64,000 bases of DNA, taken from assembly GCA_036522515.1 (NCBI GenBank), contig DATDFQ010000057.1, positions 5,175 to 69,174 of the forward strand, read 5' to 3'. The translations under genes and the position numbers were made by a program. The notes below the pieces were generated by a model. That model had not been told where the DNA came from and made no database searches. It worked only from the letters and a program-made list of their open reading frames with translations. This DNA comes from Bacteroidota bacterium. Its GTDB lineage: Bacteria > Bacteroidota > Ignavibacteria > UBA10030 > SZUA-254. The stretch's first letter is position 1, and each line of letters starts with the position of its first letter. Positions 18,497 to 28,694 of the stretch are shown piece by piece.

Positions 18497-21400
18497 TCAG
18501 ATCGTAATATGGATCTCGACCCCCGCTTCGTTCGTCGTCGTTCCGGGGATGGGCGAGCCCTGATCATCGGGCGCGATTTTCGTCAGCCGGTAGAAGAGAG
18601 CCGCCGACACCCTGCTGCTCAGCACATACCGGATCCTCGGTTCAAGATTTGTCCGGGTGCTCCCCTCGATCGGGATACCTTCCTGGCTGAGGCTGAGAAA
18701 CGCGGGGTCGTACGAGCGCCGCGCGTTCTTGGCGCGCGAGAACGTGACGGAGAGATCGACGTCGTTGCTCAGGTTCAGCCCGAACAGCGGGAACTTGAAC
18801 CCTTTGCGGGAGTAGGTCAGCGACAGGGACATTTCCTGCGTCCCCGTCTCCACGATGTTCAGCCCGGCGATGTTCAGGTCGTACGTGGTGGCCGTATTGT
18901 ACCGGAGGTTCCCGGACAAATTGCCCTTCAACACTTCCTTGAACGAGGCGTTCACGCCGAGAAGCGGAGCGAAGCCGTAGACGACGCGCTCCACGTCCGT
19001 CCGCTCTCCCCCGAGGTCGCTGGTCAGGTCCCCCCGGAAGTCCCTCCGGAAGCTCGAGGAGTAGGAGTGTTCAAACGACATGCGGTCGACGACGCTCGAA
19101 ATTCCGATGACCTTCTCGACCCCGTCCCAGCGGACGGTCCAGTTCGGACGCGGCACATACTGGCCGAAGATCCTGTTGAGAAACGGAAGAGCTTCCAGCC
19201 CCTTTTCGAACGATTCCGCGAGCGCGTCCGCGGCGGGAGTCCCCTTTCCGAGGGCCTCGTCATAATTCTTGCCGACCTTCTCGAGGCTGCCGCTGATCGG
19301 CTTGAAGATGAAGACCGGAGGAATCGAGAGGTACGTGCGCTCGATGCTCCCCTGGGTCGCGAAGGTGGCGCTGTTGCTGTCGCGGAACCCGAACTGGTTG
19401 GTCTGGAAGGTCGTATTCTTCTGGAACTGCCACCCGACCTTCCAGTTGAGCTCGAGAGTCGCGCCTTCCCACAGCGGGCGGTTCGTCCGGAGCGTGACGT
19501 TGTTTGTCTGGCCGAATTGATCGGACAGGGCGCCGTAGGGGGGCCGAATCCCCGGTTCCGTCGTCCACCCCAGAAAAGGAAAGCGCGAGCTGGGCGTGAA
19601 CCGCAGATCTCCCGACGGGTCCGAAACAAGGCCGAGCTGGTAGAGGCGCGACGGACCGTAGCGGGGCAGCGAGCCCTGCCAGGGCGCGCGAGCCCAAAAA
19701 TTCTGAAATCCGGTCGCGCCGACCACTCCGCTGTTCGAGACCCTGTTCGTCTGCGAGAAGGATATGTTGATCGTCTCGTAATTGAGAAAGGGGATTTGCA
19801 GGAATATTTTGGCGGCGGTCTTCAGGCCCGCGAGCAGGCCGGAGGCGTTGCTTTTCTTCTCGGTCTGCGGTTTGTCCTTCCCCGCCGACGTGTCCGAAGG
19901 GTTTTTCGGGGCGGCGGAAGGCGCCGGCGGCTGGGCGGCGTCACCCGACGACCGGAACCACGGGTCGGTAAAGGACTTCAACCGGAAATCGAGCGAAAGG
20001 GTGATATTGTTGTCCCATCCCGCGCTCTTTCCCAGGTCCCCGTTCTGGAAGGAGTTTTGCCAGCCGTAGTTCACGGCGTACCCGGCGTTCAGCGTGGCAT
20101 ATTTCGGAAGATCGAACACGTCCGGAATCTTCGGCTTCGAATTAATCGTCACCCTCTGGCCGAACCGGCTGTCTTCGCCCGCGACGAAGATGGCTCGAAG
20201 AATCTTTTGGAAACCGCGCCCCACGCTGTCGTTGTCGAGGGGAAGCAGGTTCTTGTCGAGCGATGCGCCATAATCGCCGGCGAGGCCGAGGAGGCCGCCT
20301 TCGGTCAGCTTCCAGCCGAACCCGAACGATTTCCCGCCGCTGAAGTTTCGCGTATCCCTGGGAATGCTCGCCGGATCGCTCCCGAGTTCGAACGTGCGGG
20401 AGCGCTGGGCGCTGACATTCGCCGAAAGGTTGTTGATCGGAACATAATAGAATTTCCAATCCTTGAATCCGTCCAGCATGAAAATCCCGCTGAAGATACT
20501 CTTGAACGGCTGCACATAGTATTCCGGGAGGGACAATCCGTAACTGACCCTGAAATTCCACAGCCACGAGCTTCGCGTCGTGATCGAGGGATCCCTGTCG
20601 TGCGCGGTCGTGTAATTGAACGAGTATGACAGCTTGCTGAACGTGTCGCGAATGAACCACAACTGCGTCGGCAGGACGAGGCGGAAGTTGGGAAGTGAAT
20701 AGGAGTCCTGCACGTGGAGGTACTGCGATCCCGTGATGACGCTGTCGCGCACCCGTGCGGACTCCTTGGGGTCGGTCCGGCTGCCCGCCGCCCTGTCCGC
20801 GGCGGACGTCACGACCACGTCGCTCCCCGGGAGGTAGACGGGTTTGGTGAGATTCTCGGTGTGAGAGTACCCCAGCGGAACCGTCGTTCCCGCCCATGCC
20901 GGCGAGAAGAACTTGTCGAGCGAGATGCTCGAGTTGACTCCCCAGCTCACCGTGGTGTTCTGGTTTCCGAAACTCTGGTCGAGGGCGTGAAAGTTCGGAT
21001 CGGTTTTCGCATAGTTGAAGCTCACTCCGCCCAGGTCCGCGAGCTTCACCTGGGTGTCGAAGTGGTACGCATAGCCCTTGGCATTGTTGACATCGGTGAG
21101 GCGGAGCTCATTGACCCATACCTGTCCCACGAGAGGAAATCGCCCGCCCTGCGCCGCGGGGTTTTCGATGCCGATCGAGATCTCGCGGATCTGCCGGAGC
21201 GATGGATTTCCCCTGATGCCGTATGAAGCTCCCGGAGGAGCGTCTTTCCGGTACTTGCTGACCGGATCGATGAACAGTTTATTCACGGAATCCCTGCTCG
21301 CCTTCACCGATGTGAGCTCGGAGAAGACGATGTTCATGTCGTTGAGGGGGTCCCATCCCGGATGAACCGGGGCCCGGTACTCGTAGAAATTCAGCGAATC

Positions 21401-24400
21401 GGATCCGAACCGGATGAAGACCTCCGCGTCGTACCGGTCCGGCCCGAAAAAGCCGAACGCGTTGTCTCCGTGCACGAACATCTTCATCGCCTTGTAATTG
21501 AAGAGATCCAGCGGCCTCACGGCGAACGAACGGTACACCTGGCGGGAATCCCCGCGCCTCAGGCCGTCGAGAATGAGCGCGAGCGATTGCTCGTTGCCGA
21601 GGATGACCTGGTCCGGCTGGGTCTTGTCCCGCTCGCGGATCACTCCGGGGGGCGAGACGTACGAGGGATTGTCCTCGATATTGACCGTAGAGACCTTCAA
21701 CGTCGAGTCGCTCTGTGTGCGCTCGAGCCACTGGTTCCCGACAAAATCCATTTCCGCTATCCTGATGCTCACCGGGTGCTGCACGCCGGAGACCCAGAGG
21801 CGCATGTACTGCACGTCGCTGAGGACGGACGTGATCGACTGCTCTCCGCCGATGATGCGGTTCGCGTCAAAAAGAGGAATCCGTATCTGCCGCCATACGT
21901 TCCCGCCGACGATGAGCGTGTTACGCTGCTCCCTGCCGAGCGAATCGATGTAGACGCTGTCGAGCGGCACTTCGTATTCCGCGTAGAGGTCGACCTGGTC
22001 CGCCGATCCGTTGCTGTTCAGATCCTCGGTTTCGGGAAGGCGGCCGTCCACCGCGTTGCCGTTCCCTTCCTCGCCGTTCAGATGGCTGAAGTCCCCCGAA
22101 CCGGTGACATAGGCCCAGTCGTCGCCGCTCGGATCGAGGCGAAGAGAGTCGATCTTCGAATCGTCCCGGTTCGACTCGAGGAAATCGGCATAGACGCGCC
22201 GCTCCGCGCTGTCCGCAAGCATGTCGAGGCCCACATCCTCCCCGGGGTTCAGGACGTTGTTCGGAATCCCGCTCGGGTTATCGGGCGAGACGATGAGATC
22301 TTCGGAATTTAAACGGCCGTTCGGAATCACATCCTCGCTGATGCGCCCGAGATCGACGTACAGCCGCCCGTGCTTCAGCTCCTGCAGATCCGGGCCCGAT
22401 ACTTTCATCCAGAGTTCAAGGTAGGAGATGTTCTGGTCGAGGAGCCCTCCCGTGTTGTTCATGTACCGCATCACACCGGCCCAGTTCCTCTGGCGGAGCT
22501 GCCGGCTGTCCCTGGGATCGATCAGATCGAAGGCCGTTCCCTCCCGGTGAAGCGTGGAGTCGAGCCTCGGAGAATAATTAAACATCCCCCGGCGATCGGG
22601 GTCGTAATCGAGGTTCAGCACGGTCACCTGGTTTTCCCCGGTGCGCACCTGTCGCAGCGGCCAGATCTCCTGAGAAACCACGTCGCTCGGAAGGCGGTTA
22701 TACCAGGCCAGCTTAGCCTTGTAATAGGATCGTTCGGCGGGGGTAAGACCGCCGGGAAGCAGGGAATAGACCGGCGGGCTCGCGAGATGCCACTGGGTGT
22801 ACGAGATCGGGAGCGGAATCGTGCGCCTCGCTCCCTCAAAATCATCGAGGTACGCGATGCTTGCGCCGTTATCGTCGGCGATCGTGCTCGTCTTCGTGTT
22901 CGGGTTTGGAATGACATAGGCGGCCTCACCGCTCAGCCTGATGCTCGACATCTCCCTGGTGTGGTAGAACGGGATCGAGCCGATGAGACTGGTCAGGAAC
23001 GGGAGGTTGAACGACGTCGTCATATCGGCGCCGCCGATCAGGTTTTGCGTGGGCTCCTCTCCCAAACGGACTTTGTCGCTCAGCGTCGCCTGGCTGAGGT
23101 TCATCACGGTGAACCCGAGGTTCGTGTTGGGAAGAAAATTCGACACCTCGCCGCGGGCGCCGATCAGCGTCTTGGAGGCAAGCTGGAACAGGTCGTTCGT
23201 TTCGTATTTCACCTGCACGTTCGCCCCGGGAACGAGGGCCGCGGGGTTCCGGATAACCACCTCGCCGACGATATAATCGACGGTGTAATCGATATTGGGC
23301 TGAAGCGGGGAACCGTTCAGCAAGACCTGCACGCTTCCTTCGACCAGGTTGAAACCGAGCGGGTAACGGCTCGACTGGGAGGTCGAGGAGGTGACGTGCA
23401 TGTAGTACCGGTTGTTCGCGTTATTGTTCTGGACGGCCGCGACCGTCGTGTCGTAAATGTCGTGAAACAGAAGCGAGTCCGAGATTGCGATCCCGTTGGT
23501 CTTCCGGAAATACTGGACGATCGTGGAATCGAACGGCCGGAGCGTCGGGAAGATCACCTCCGCACGGTCGACGTCCACCGTGATCCCCTTCAGAAAATCG
23601 AAGACGCCGTCCGGGGGCAGGACACCCGACGCATTGAAGCGGTCGAGAGAGAGGACCTGGAGCAGATTCGTGCTGTAGATCTGGAAGATCGGCGCCGCCT
23701 CCGTCCGCCGAAGAAGCTTGAAATCGAACCCTTCCTGCTTCAAATCCCTCCCCCCGAGCGGATAGACGTTCTTCAACATCAGGTCCCACGCCGGTTTATA
23801 GCTCGGATGATCCTGAAGGTTTTCCGGCTTGACCATCTTCAGATAGAATTTGTGCTCGACGCTGTCCCCGTAGACGGTGCCGTCGGCGGTGATGTAATTC
23901 ACCGCGTAGGCCACCTGCTCGTTGACGTTCGTGAGAATCGTAATGTAACCGCCATACCGGTCGTACCGGTAGTCCTTGGACGGATCGAGCCTGGTCCAGT
24001 ACCCCGATTTAAACCGCCCGGGAGAGGTGGTATCGAACAGGGCGATCGCGGCCGTGTCGAGCGGAGTCCCGGGGTTCGACCGCGTGGCCAGCTGGTGCGG
24101 CGGCATATCGATGTAGGCCGACGCCTTCACGTAGGTGCCGTAATTCTGCTGGTTGATGATCTGGACGTTCTGCCAGACGTCGATCTGCACGATCTGCTTG
24201 TTCACGATGTCGGGATAGGGACCGATATCGGGGATCGTGGAGCTGTGCAGGACTTCCCAGTTTTTCCGGTAGGAGGTGTCGACGAAATAATAGTTTCTGC
24301 TGTATTGCCACGGGTAGAGATCGAACGCGTTCGATTGAGCGCCGCCGGTGAGGGTCAGCTCTTTCGTCTGCCCCTTTTTCTGCGAGAGGAGCGTCGTGAG

Positions 24401-25522
24401 CGTCATCGGCCCCGCCTGCATCCTCGCCTTGATCCCGAAGAGCGCCTGGCCGCCACCGATCAGCGACGGGGTCTGGAGCGAAACGTTTCCGGCTTCGACG
24501 CTCTGGACGATCTCGTCGTCGTACCCGGTGTACTTGATCTTCAACTGGTTCTCGTACTCGAAGGTCCGCTGCGTGTTCCAGTCCGCGAGGATGTTCAGCT
24601 TGTCGCCCACGGTGCCGTTGACGTTGACCTGCACGTCCTGATTGAAGTCGGGCTCGCTGCGGGATTGATCGAGCTGCGAGACCGTGACCTGGTCGGACTT
24701 CTGGTTCCTGAACGCCGCCCGGATATCGACCGCGCCCGACACGTTCAGCTTGATGCCCCTGCCGCCGAAAATGCTCAGGAGCGGGTTCGCGGGAACGGGA
24801 ATCTCGATGCTCGTCAGGGAAGAGAAGAAGCCGCCGAGCTGATCACGGTTTTCCTTGTACTGATATTTGCTGACGAACTCGCGCCAGTTGTTCCGGATTT
24901 CCTGCCGGGAACGGAGCTGGATGTAATCGTTCAGGGGCACCGCGTTGGGGATTCTGACATCCTTGCCGTTGACCATCTCGCGGGCGCTGACGTATTGCCC
25001 CGACGAATCGATCGTCACATCGCGCGTATAGGCGGGTGAACGGACGCGGAGGAAGAGCCGCTGGTTTTCCCGCGGAAAAAATTCGGCCGAAGGTCCGTCC
25101 CGCCGCCGGTGGACGAATTGCCGTATCCGGGAGGTCGAATCCTTGTACACCACCCAGGTCGTGTCGACTTTCAGGGTATCGCGCCGCACATGGAGGGAAT
25201 CGCGGAAAAAGTTGAGCGAGTCGCGGTGGGCCCGGAGCGAGTCCCGCATCCTCAGCCGCTGCGCGGCAACCGCAGTATCGTTTCGCCCCGGGAACGGGAA
25301 CGCAAGGCCCCTCTGAACGCTGTCCGCCCTGAGGGAGTCGGCCCGCACAAGCGAATCCACGCGGGCGAGCGAGTCGGCCAGCGACCCGATCTGAGCATGG
25401 GCCACGCGCGGGCAAAGCAGCAGCATGGCGATGAACGCCGCCGCAAGGATAATCACACGGGGGAATACGCGGGGGTGGAGGGATACAACGATCCCGCGCA
25501 GACATCGGAGATGTTGAGCCAA
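18497..25522 (-). CDS. sprA: T9SS outer-membrane translocon SprA (Sov)
   Basis: 2341 aa; FNQDVQVNVNGTVGDKLNILADWNTQRTFEYENQLKIKYTG, VDLGRISEDVIPNG, VWVNELRL and terminal beta-strands. Confidence 0.93.
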   Translation of the reverse strand: MAQHLRCLRGIVVSLHPRVFPRVIILAAAFIAMLLLCPRVAHAQIGSLADSLARVDSLVRADSLRADSVQRGLAFPFPGRNDTAVAAQRLRMRDSLRAHRDSLNFFRDSLHVRRDTLKVDTTWVVYKDSTSRIRQFVHRRRDGPSAEFFPRENQRLFLRVRSPAYTRDVTIDSSGQYVSAREMVNGKDVRIPNAVPLNDYIQLRSRQEIRNNWREFVSKYQYKENRDQLGGFFSSLTSIEIPVPANPLLSIFGGRGIKLNVSGAVDIRAAFRNQKSDQVTVSQLDQSRSEPDFNQDVQVNVNGTVGDKLNILADWNTQRTFEYENQLKIKYTGYDDEIVQSVEAGNVSLQTPSLIGGGQALFGIKARMQAGPMTLTTLLSQKKGQTKELTLTGGAQSNAFDLYPWQYSRNYYFVDTSYRKNWEVLHSSTIPDIGPYPDIVNKQIVQIDVWQNVQIINQQNYGTYVKASAYIDMPPHQLATRSNPGTPLDTAAIALFDTTSPGRFKSGYWTRLDPSKDYRYDRYGGYITILTNVNEQVAYAVNYITADGTVYGDSVEHKFYLKMVKPENLQDHPSYKPAWDLMLKNVYPLGGRDLKQEGFDFKLLRRTEAAPIFQIYSTNLLQVLSLDRFNASGVLPPDGVFDFLKGITVDVDRAEVIFPTLRPFDSTIVQYFRKTNGIAISDSLLFHDIYDTTVAAVQNNNANNRYYMHVTSSTSQSSRYPLGFNLVEGSVQVLLNGSPLQPNIDYTVDYIVGEVVIRNPAALVPGANVQVKYETNDLFQLASKTLIGARGEVSNFLPNTNLGFTVMNLSQATLSDKVRLGEEPTQNLIGGADMTTSFNLPFLTSLIGSIPFYHTREMSSIRLSGEAAYVIPNPNTKTSTIADDNGASIAYLDDFEGARRTIPLPISYTQWHLASPPVYSLLPGGLTPAERSYYKAKLAWYNRLPSDVVSQEIWPLRQVRTGENQVTVLNLDYDPDRRGMFNYSPRLDSTLHREGTAFDLIDPRDSRQLRQRNWAGVMRYMNNTGGLLDQNISYLELWMKVSGPDLQELKHGRLYVDLGRISEDVIPNGRLNSEDLIVSPDNPSGIPNNVLNPGEDVGLDMLADSAERRVYADFLESNRDDSKIDSLRLDPSGDDWAYVTGSGDFSHLNGEEGNGNAVDGRLPETEDLNSNGSADQVDLYAEYEVPLDSVYIDSLGREQRNTLIVGGNVWRQIRIPLFDANRIIGGEQSITSVLSDVQYMRLWVSGVQHPVSIRIAEMDFVGNQWLERTQSDSTLKVSTVNIEDNPSYVSPPGVIRERDKTQPDQVILGNEQSLALILDGLRRGDSRQVYRSFAVRPLDLFNYKAMKMFVHGDNAFGFFGPDRYDAEVFIRFGSDSLNFYEYRAPVHPGWDPLNDMNIVFSELTSVKASRDSVNKLFIDPVSKYRKDAPPGASYGIRGNPSLRQIREISIGIENPAAQGGRFPLVGQVWVNELRLTDVNNAKGYAYHFDTQVKLADLGGVSFNYAKTDPNFHALDQSFGNQNTTVSWGVNSSISLDKFFSPAWAGTTVPLGYSHTENLTKPVYLPGSDVVVTSAADRAAGSRTDPKESARVRDSVITGSQYLHVQDSYSLPNFRLVLPTQLWFIRDTFSKLSYSFNYTTAHDRDPSITTRSSWLWNFRVSYGLSLPEYYVQPFKSIFSGIFMLDGFKDWKFYYVPINNLSANVSAQRSRTFELGSDPASIPRDTRNFSGGKSFGFGWKLTEGGLLGLAGDYGASLDKNLLPLDNDSVGRGFQKILRAIFVAGEDSRFGQRVTINSKPKIPDVFDLPKYATLNAGYAVNYGWQNSFQNGDLGKSAGWDNNITLSLDFRLKSFTDPWFRSSGDAAQPPAPSAAPKNPSDTSAGKDKPQTEKKSNASGLLAGLKTAAKIFLQIPFLNYETINISFSQTNRVSNSGVVGATGFQNFWARAPWQGSLPRYGPSRLYQLGLVSDPSGDLRFTPSSRFPFLGWTTEPGIRPPYGALSDQFGQTNNVTLRTNRPLWEGATLELNWKVGWQFQKNTTFQTNQFGFRDSNSATFATQGSIERTYLSIPPVFIFKPISGSLEKVGKNYDEALGKGTPAADALAESFEKGLEALPFLNRIFGQYVPRPNWTVRWDGVEKVIGISSVVDRMSFEHSYSSSFRRDFRGDLTSDLGGERTDVERVVYGFAPLLGVNASFKEVLKGNLSGNLRYNTATTYDLNIAGLNIVETGTQEMSLSLTYSRKGFKFPLFGLNLSNDVDLSVTFSRAKNARRSYDPAFLSLSQEGIPIEGSTRTNLEPRIRYVLSSRVSAALFYRLTKIAPDDQGSPIPGTTTNEAGVEIHITI

Positions 25523-25845
25523 GCTTAGTATGTTAATCTTGTTAAATACGACTTTGTAGCGTTACACCGCACCACGACACGCACAAAACAGAGTCAGCAA
25601 GATTCGATACTAAACGGCTCCTTTCACCTCGTTGATGGAATGTCGACCTAAAAAAATTCCGCCGAATCGTTTCTTCATGCGGGCGGAAGATCGCTTAATA
25701 ATGTAGGTAAAAGGTTCTTCATACGCAACTGACATGTGCCCTGGCGCATCAAATATCAAGTAAATCATTACCCGATCCCGCTAATCCGTTCGCTATCGCA
25801 GAGCCGTGGACGCTGGAGCGTCCCAGAAGCCGATGCCTCGGGCTC

Positions 25846-26076
25846 GGTAGCCGCAGGCTTTAGCCTGCGTCAGGCTGCACGCGACCTGAAGGTCGCGCCT
25901 ACCGACGCTTCGGGCTTGGTAGGCGCAGGCTTTAGCCTGCGTTTGTTCGGTTTGGCATGTCGCCTGATGTAGGGGCGACGCATGCGTCGCCCGCTAGGGT
26001 CATCGTATCATCTGAGCTTCCGGGCGGGGCATGCCCCGCCCCTACAAAGGCACGCGACCTGAAGGTCGCGCCTACC
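25846..26076. repeat. Second GTAG REP mosaic cluster (six REPs)
   Basis: Same arms as 14307-14512, plus a repeated linker CCGRYGCYTCGGGC near 25830, 25902 and 26075. Confidence 0.92.
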
Positions 26077-26109
26077 GGTGCCTCGGGCGTGCCGGGAATC
26101 CGGAAACGT

Positions 26110-26138
26110 TTGTAAATGCAACCCTTTGAACCTATATT
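26110..26138 (+). promoter_or_regulatory. Putative sigma70 promoter of lptF
   Basis: TTGTAA-N17-TATATT, ending 5 nt before the ATG at 26144. Confidence 0.5.
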
Positions 26139-26143
26139 TACCC

Positions 26144-27541
26144 ATGCGTCTCGATTTCCACATTCTCCGCGCCCACATTGCGCCCTTCCTCTTCTCGTTT
26201 GTGACGCTGATGTTCATTTTTCTCCTCCAGTTCGTCATGAAATTCATCGACCAGCTCGTGGGAAAAGGCCTCAGCTGGTGGGTGATCGGGGAGTTGATCA
26301 CGCTGAATCTGGCCTGGATGGTGGTCCTCGCGGGCCCCATGTCCGTCCTCGTCTCCACATTGATGGGTTTCGGAACGCTCTCGGCGAACCACGAGGTCAC
26401 CGCCATGAAGGCGGGCGGGATGAGCCTCTACCGGATGATGCTTCCGGTTCTCCTCGTCTCGCTGGTCCTTACCTACCTGATGATCGAGTTTTACAACAAG
26501 GTGCTTCCCGAGGCGAACCACCGGGTAAAAGTCCTGATGGTCGACATCCGGAAGGTGAAGCCCACGCTCGCGATCCTTCCGGGCCTCTTCTCGCAGGAGC
26601 TCGCCGGCTACAGCATCCTCGCGCGGAAGACTTTCGAGAATTCCAACGACCTGGAGGGGATCACGATCTACGATTATACCGATCCGGCCACGAATGTCGT
26701 CGTCACCGCCGAGCGCGGCAAGGTGAGCTTCACGCCCGACCAGCGAAAACTGATCATGGATCTCTTCAACGGAGAAATTCACCAGGTCGGGACGAGCAAC
26801 TTCCAGTCGTACCGGAGGATGCGGTATGTCCGCCACCGTATCGTGATGAATACGGAAGGGTTTGATTTTGAGCGGTCGAACGAAAACGCGCTGAGCCGCG
26901 GCGACCGGGAAATGAGCGCCGGGGACCTGCAACGCCTGGCCGACAGCCTCGAGGTCGTGAACGCCGCGGCCCGCTCCAGGGTGCCGCTCTCCGGCCGCGA
27001 AGGCTTTACCCCCTACGGGGCGTTTCGCCGGAGTATCCCCGGATCCCCGGGCGCCCCGTCCCTCCCTCTCCGCGCGCAGGCGATCCAGCTTGCGATCGTG
27101 AACGCGCGCGCGACGGCGAGCGCGATCGACAACCAGATGATGCTTGTCAAGTACAACCAGGACCAGATCAACCAGTATCTCGTCGAGTTCAACAAGCACT
27201 ATGCGATTCCCGTCGCATGCATCGTCTTCGTGTTCATCGGCGCGCCCCTCGGGATCATGGCCCGCCGCGGGACGTTTGCGGTCGCGGCTTCGATGAGCTT
27301 CGGATTTTTTCTCATCTACTGGGCCGCTCTGATCGGCGGAGAGAAGCTCGCCGACCGCGCGATCATCCCCCCCTGGATCGGGATGTGGGGGGCGGATATC
27401 GTCATCGGCGCCATCGGAATCTATCTCACCGTCCGGATGGGGCGCGAAACCCCCTCGATCAACTGGGCCTGGTTCCGGAGATTCGTCCCGCGATCGCTCA
27501 GAACCCCCGTCGAGCCGGGCGCCGAAGGGGAAGGCCTCTGA
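26144..27541 (+). CDS. lptF: LPS export ABC transporter permease LptF
   Basis: ILRAHIAPFLFSF, LAGPMSVLVSTLMGFGTLSANHEVTAMKAGGMS, IPVACIVFVFIGAPLG. Start at 26144. Confidence 0.9.
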   Translation: MRLDFHILRAHIAPFLFSFVTLMFIFLLQFVMKFIDQLVGKGLSWWVIGELITLNLAWMVVLAGPMSVLVSTLMGFGTLSANHEVTAMKAGGMSLYRMMLPVLLVSLVLTYLMIEFYNKVLPEANHRVKVLMVDIRKVKPTLAILPGLFSQELAGYSILARKTFENSNDLEGITIYDYTDPATNVVVTAERGKVSFTPDQRKLIMDLFNGEIHQVGTSNFQSYRRMRYVRHRIVMNTEGFDFERSNENALSRGDREMSAGDLQRLADSLEVVNAAARSRVPLSGREGFTPYGAFRRSIPGSPGAPSLPLRAQAIQLAIVNARATASAIDNQMMLVKYNQDQINQYLVEFNKHYAIPVACIVFVFIGAPLGIMARRGTFAVAASMSFGFFLIYWAALIGGEKLADRAIIPPWIGMWGADIVIGAIGIYLTVRMGRETPSINWAWFRRFVPRSLRTPVEPGAEGEGL

Positions 27542-28626
27542 TGAGGATCATCGACCGGTACATCCTCCGCCAGTTCATTCAGACCGCGCTCTTCTCGCTT
27601 CTCGCCTTCATGGTGATCTTCGTGGTCGTCGACATGATGGAAAACCTGGACGATTTTCTCGACCGGAGCGCCGGCATCGGGCTGATCGCGACCTACTACA
27701 TGTATTTTCTTCCCGAGATCATCAAGCTGATGATCCCCGTCGCGATGCTTCTGTCGGCTCTGTTTACCACGGGCCGCCTCTCCACGTTCAACGAGCTCAC
27801 GACGTTGAAATCGGGCGGGATGAGCCTCTACCGGTTCATGGCTCCGCTCCTGATTTTCGCGCTGCTCGTGAGCGGCGTCTCGATTTATTTCAACGGATGG
27901 ATCGTGCCGTTCGCGAACAAGAAGAAGTTCGAGCTCGGGCGGAATTACTTTCAAAAGAACGTCGAGTACGTGGCGAAGAACAACATCTACATCCAGGATT
28001 CGCCTGTGAGAATCCTTTCGATCGGCATGTTCGAGGACAGCCGCGCCGTCGCGCACCAGGTGAGCATCCAGGAGTTCGATCCGAACGATCCGACCGTCCT
28101 CCGCGCCCGGTACGACGCGGCCGAGATGCGCTGGGACCCCGAACAGAAATCGTGGAGCCTGTTTAACGGGACATGGAGGAGATTCGACGGAGGGAAGGAA
28201 TCGATGCAACCGTTCGTGTCCCGCGCCGTCGGGGCGTTGAATTTTTCAGCGGAGGACATCAGGAAAAAGCAGCAGAAGCCGGATGAAATGGACCTCCCGG
28301 ACCTCCGCCAGTTCATCGAGAATCAGAGGCGGGCGGGGCAGGACGTGGCGCGGTGGATGGTGGACCTCTACGGAAAATCCGCCTTTCCGTTCGCAAGCGT
28401 GGTGGTCGTGCTCTTCGGAATTCCGTTCTCGTCGGTCAAGCGGCGGAGCGGCCTCGGGGTGGAGTTCGGCATCGCCCTGGGGGTCTGCTTCCTCTACATG
28501 ATCTTCCTGAAGGTGAGCCAGGCGTTCGGCTACAACGGCGACCTGGACCCGCTGTTGACGGCGTGGCTCGCGAACATCATCTTCCTCGCCGCGGGGATTT
28601 ACAACCTGATCCGTGTGCCGAAGTAG
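27541..28626 (+). CDS. lptG: LPS export ABC transporter permease LptG
   Basis: MRIIDRYILRQF, IPVAMLLSALFTTGRLSTFNELTTLKSGGMS, LAWLANIIF-type end (TAWLANIIF). TGATG coupling to lptF. Confidence 0.9.
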   Translation: MRIIDRYILRQFIQTALFSLLAFMVIFVVVDMMENLDDFLDRSAGIGLIATYYMYFLPEIIKLMIPVAMLLSALFTTGRLSTFNELTTLKSGGMSLYRFMAPLLIFALLVSGVSIYFNGWIVPFANKKKFELGRNYFQKNVEYVAKNNIYIQDSPVRILSIGMFEDSRAVAHQVSIQEFDPNDPTVLRARYDAAEMRWDPEQKSWSLFNGTWRRFDGGKESMQPFVSRAVGALNFSAEDIRKKQQKPDEMDLPDLRQFIENQRRAGQDVARWMVDLYGKSAFPFASVVVVLFGIPFSSVKRRSGLGVEFGIALGVCFLYMIFLKVSQAFGYNGDLDPLLTAWLANIIFLAAGIYNLIRVPK

Positions 28627-28640
28627 GAAGAGTCTCAGTA

Positions 28641-28694
28641 GTATTTGTCGCGGAAAAGAATTAAGATCCCGACCTAGAGCATGTCGGGATGACG
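28641..28694. repeat. 54-bp direct repeat, copy 1 (AT-rich tail plus CGTC hairpin)
   Basis: GTATTTGTCGCGGAAAAGAATTAAGATCCCGACCTAGAGCATGTCGGGATGACG; 51/54 identical to 29297-29350. Confidence 0.92.

Noticed and set aside
22370-25039. Very long antisense ORFs (889 aa here; also 849-2597, 16757-18409, 18467-20629, 39826-41712, 57049-59778)
   Set aside because: They lie opposite well-supported genes, have no recognisable motifs, and are expected from GC-rich codon bias, which depletes stops on the antisense strand.
26412-27834. Identical 23-nt stretch CGGGCGGGATGAGCCTCTACCGG in lptF (26412) and lptG (27812)
   Set aside because: It encodes the conserved GGMSLYR motif of two paralogues; it is not a DNA element.
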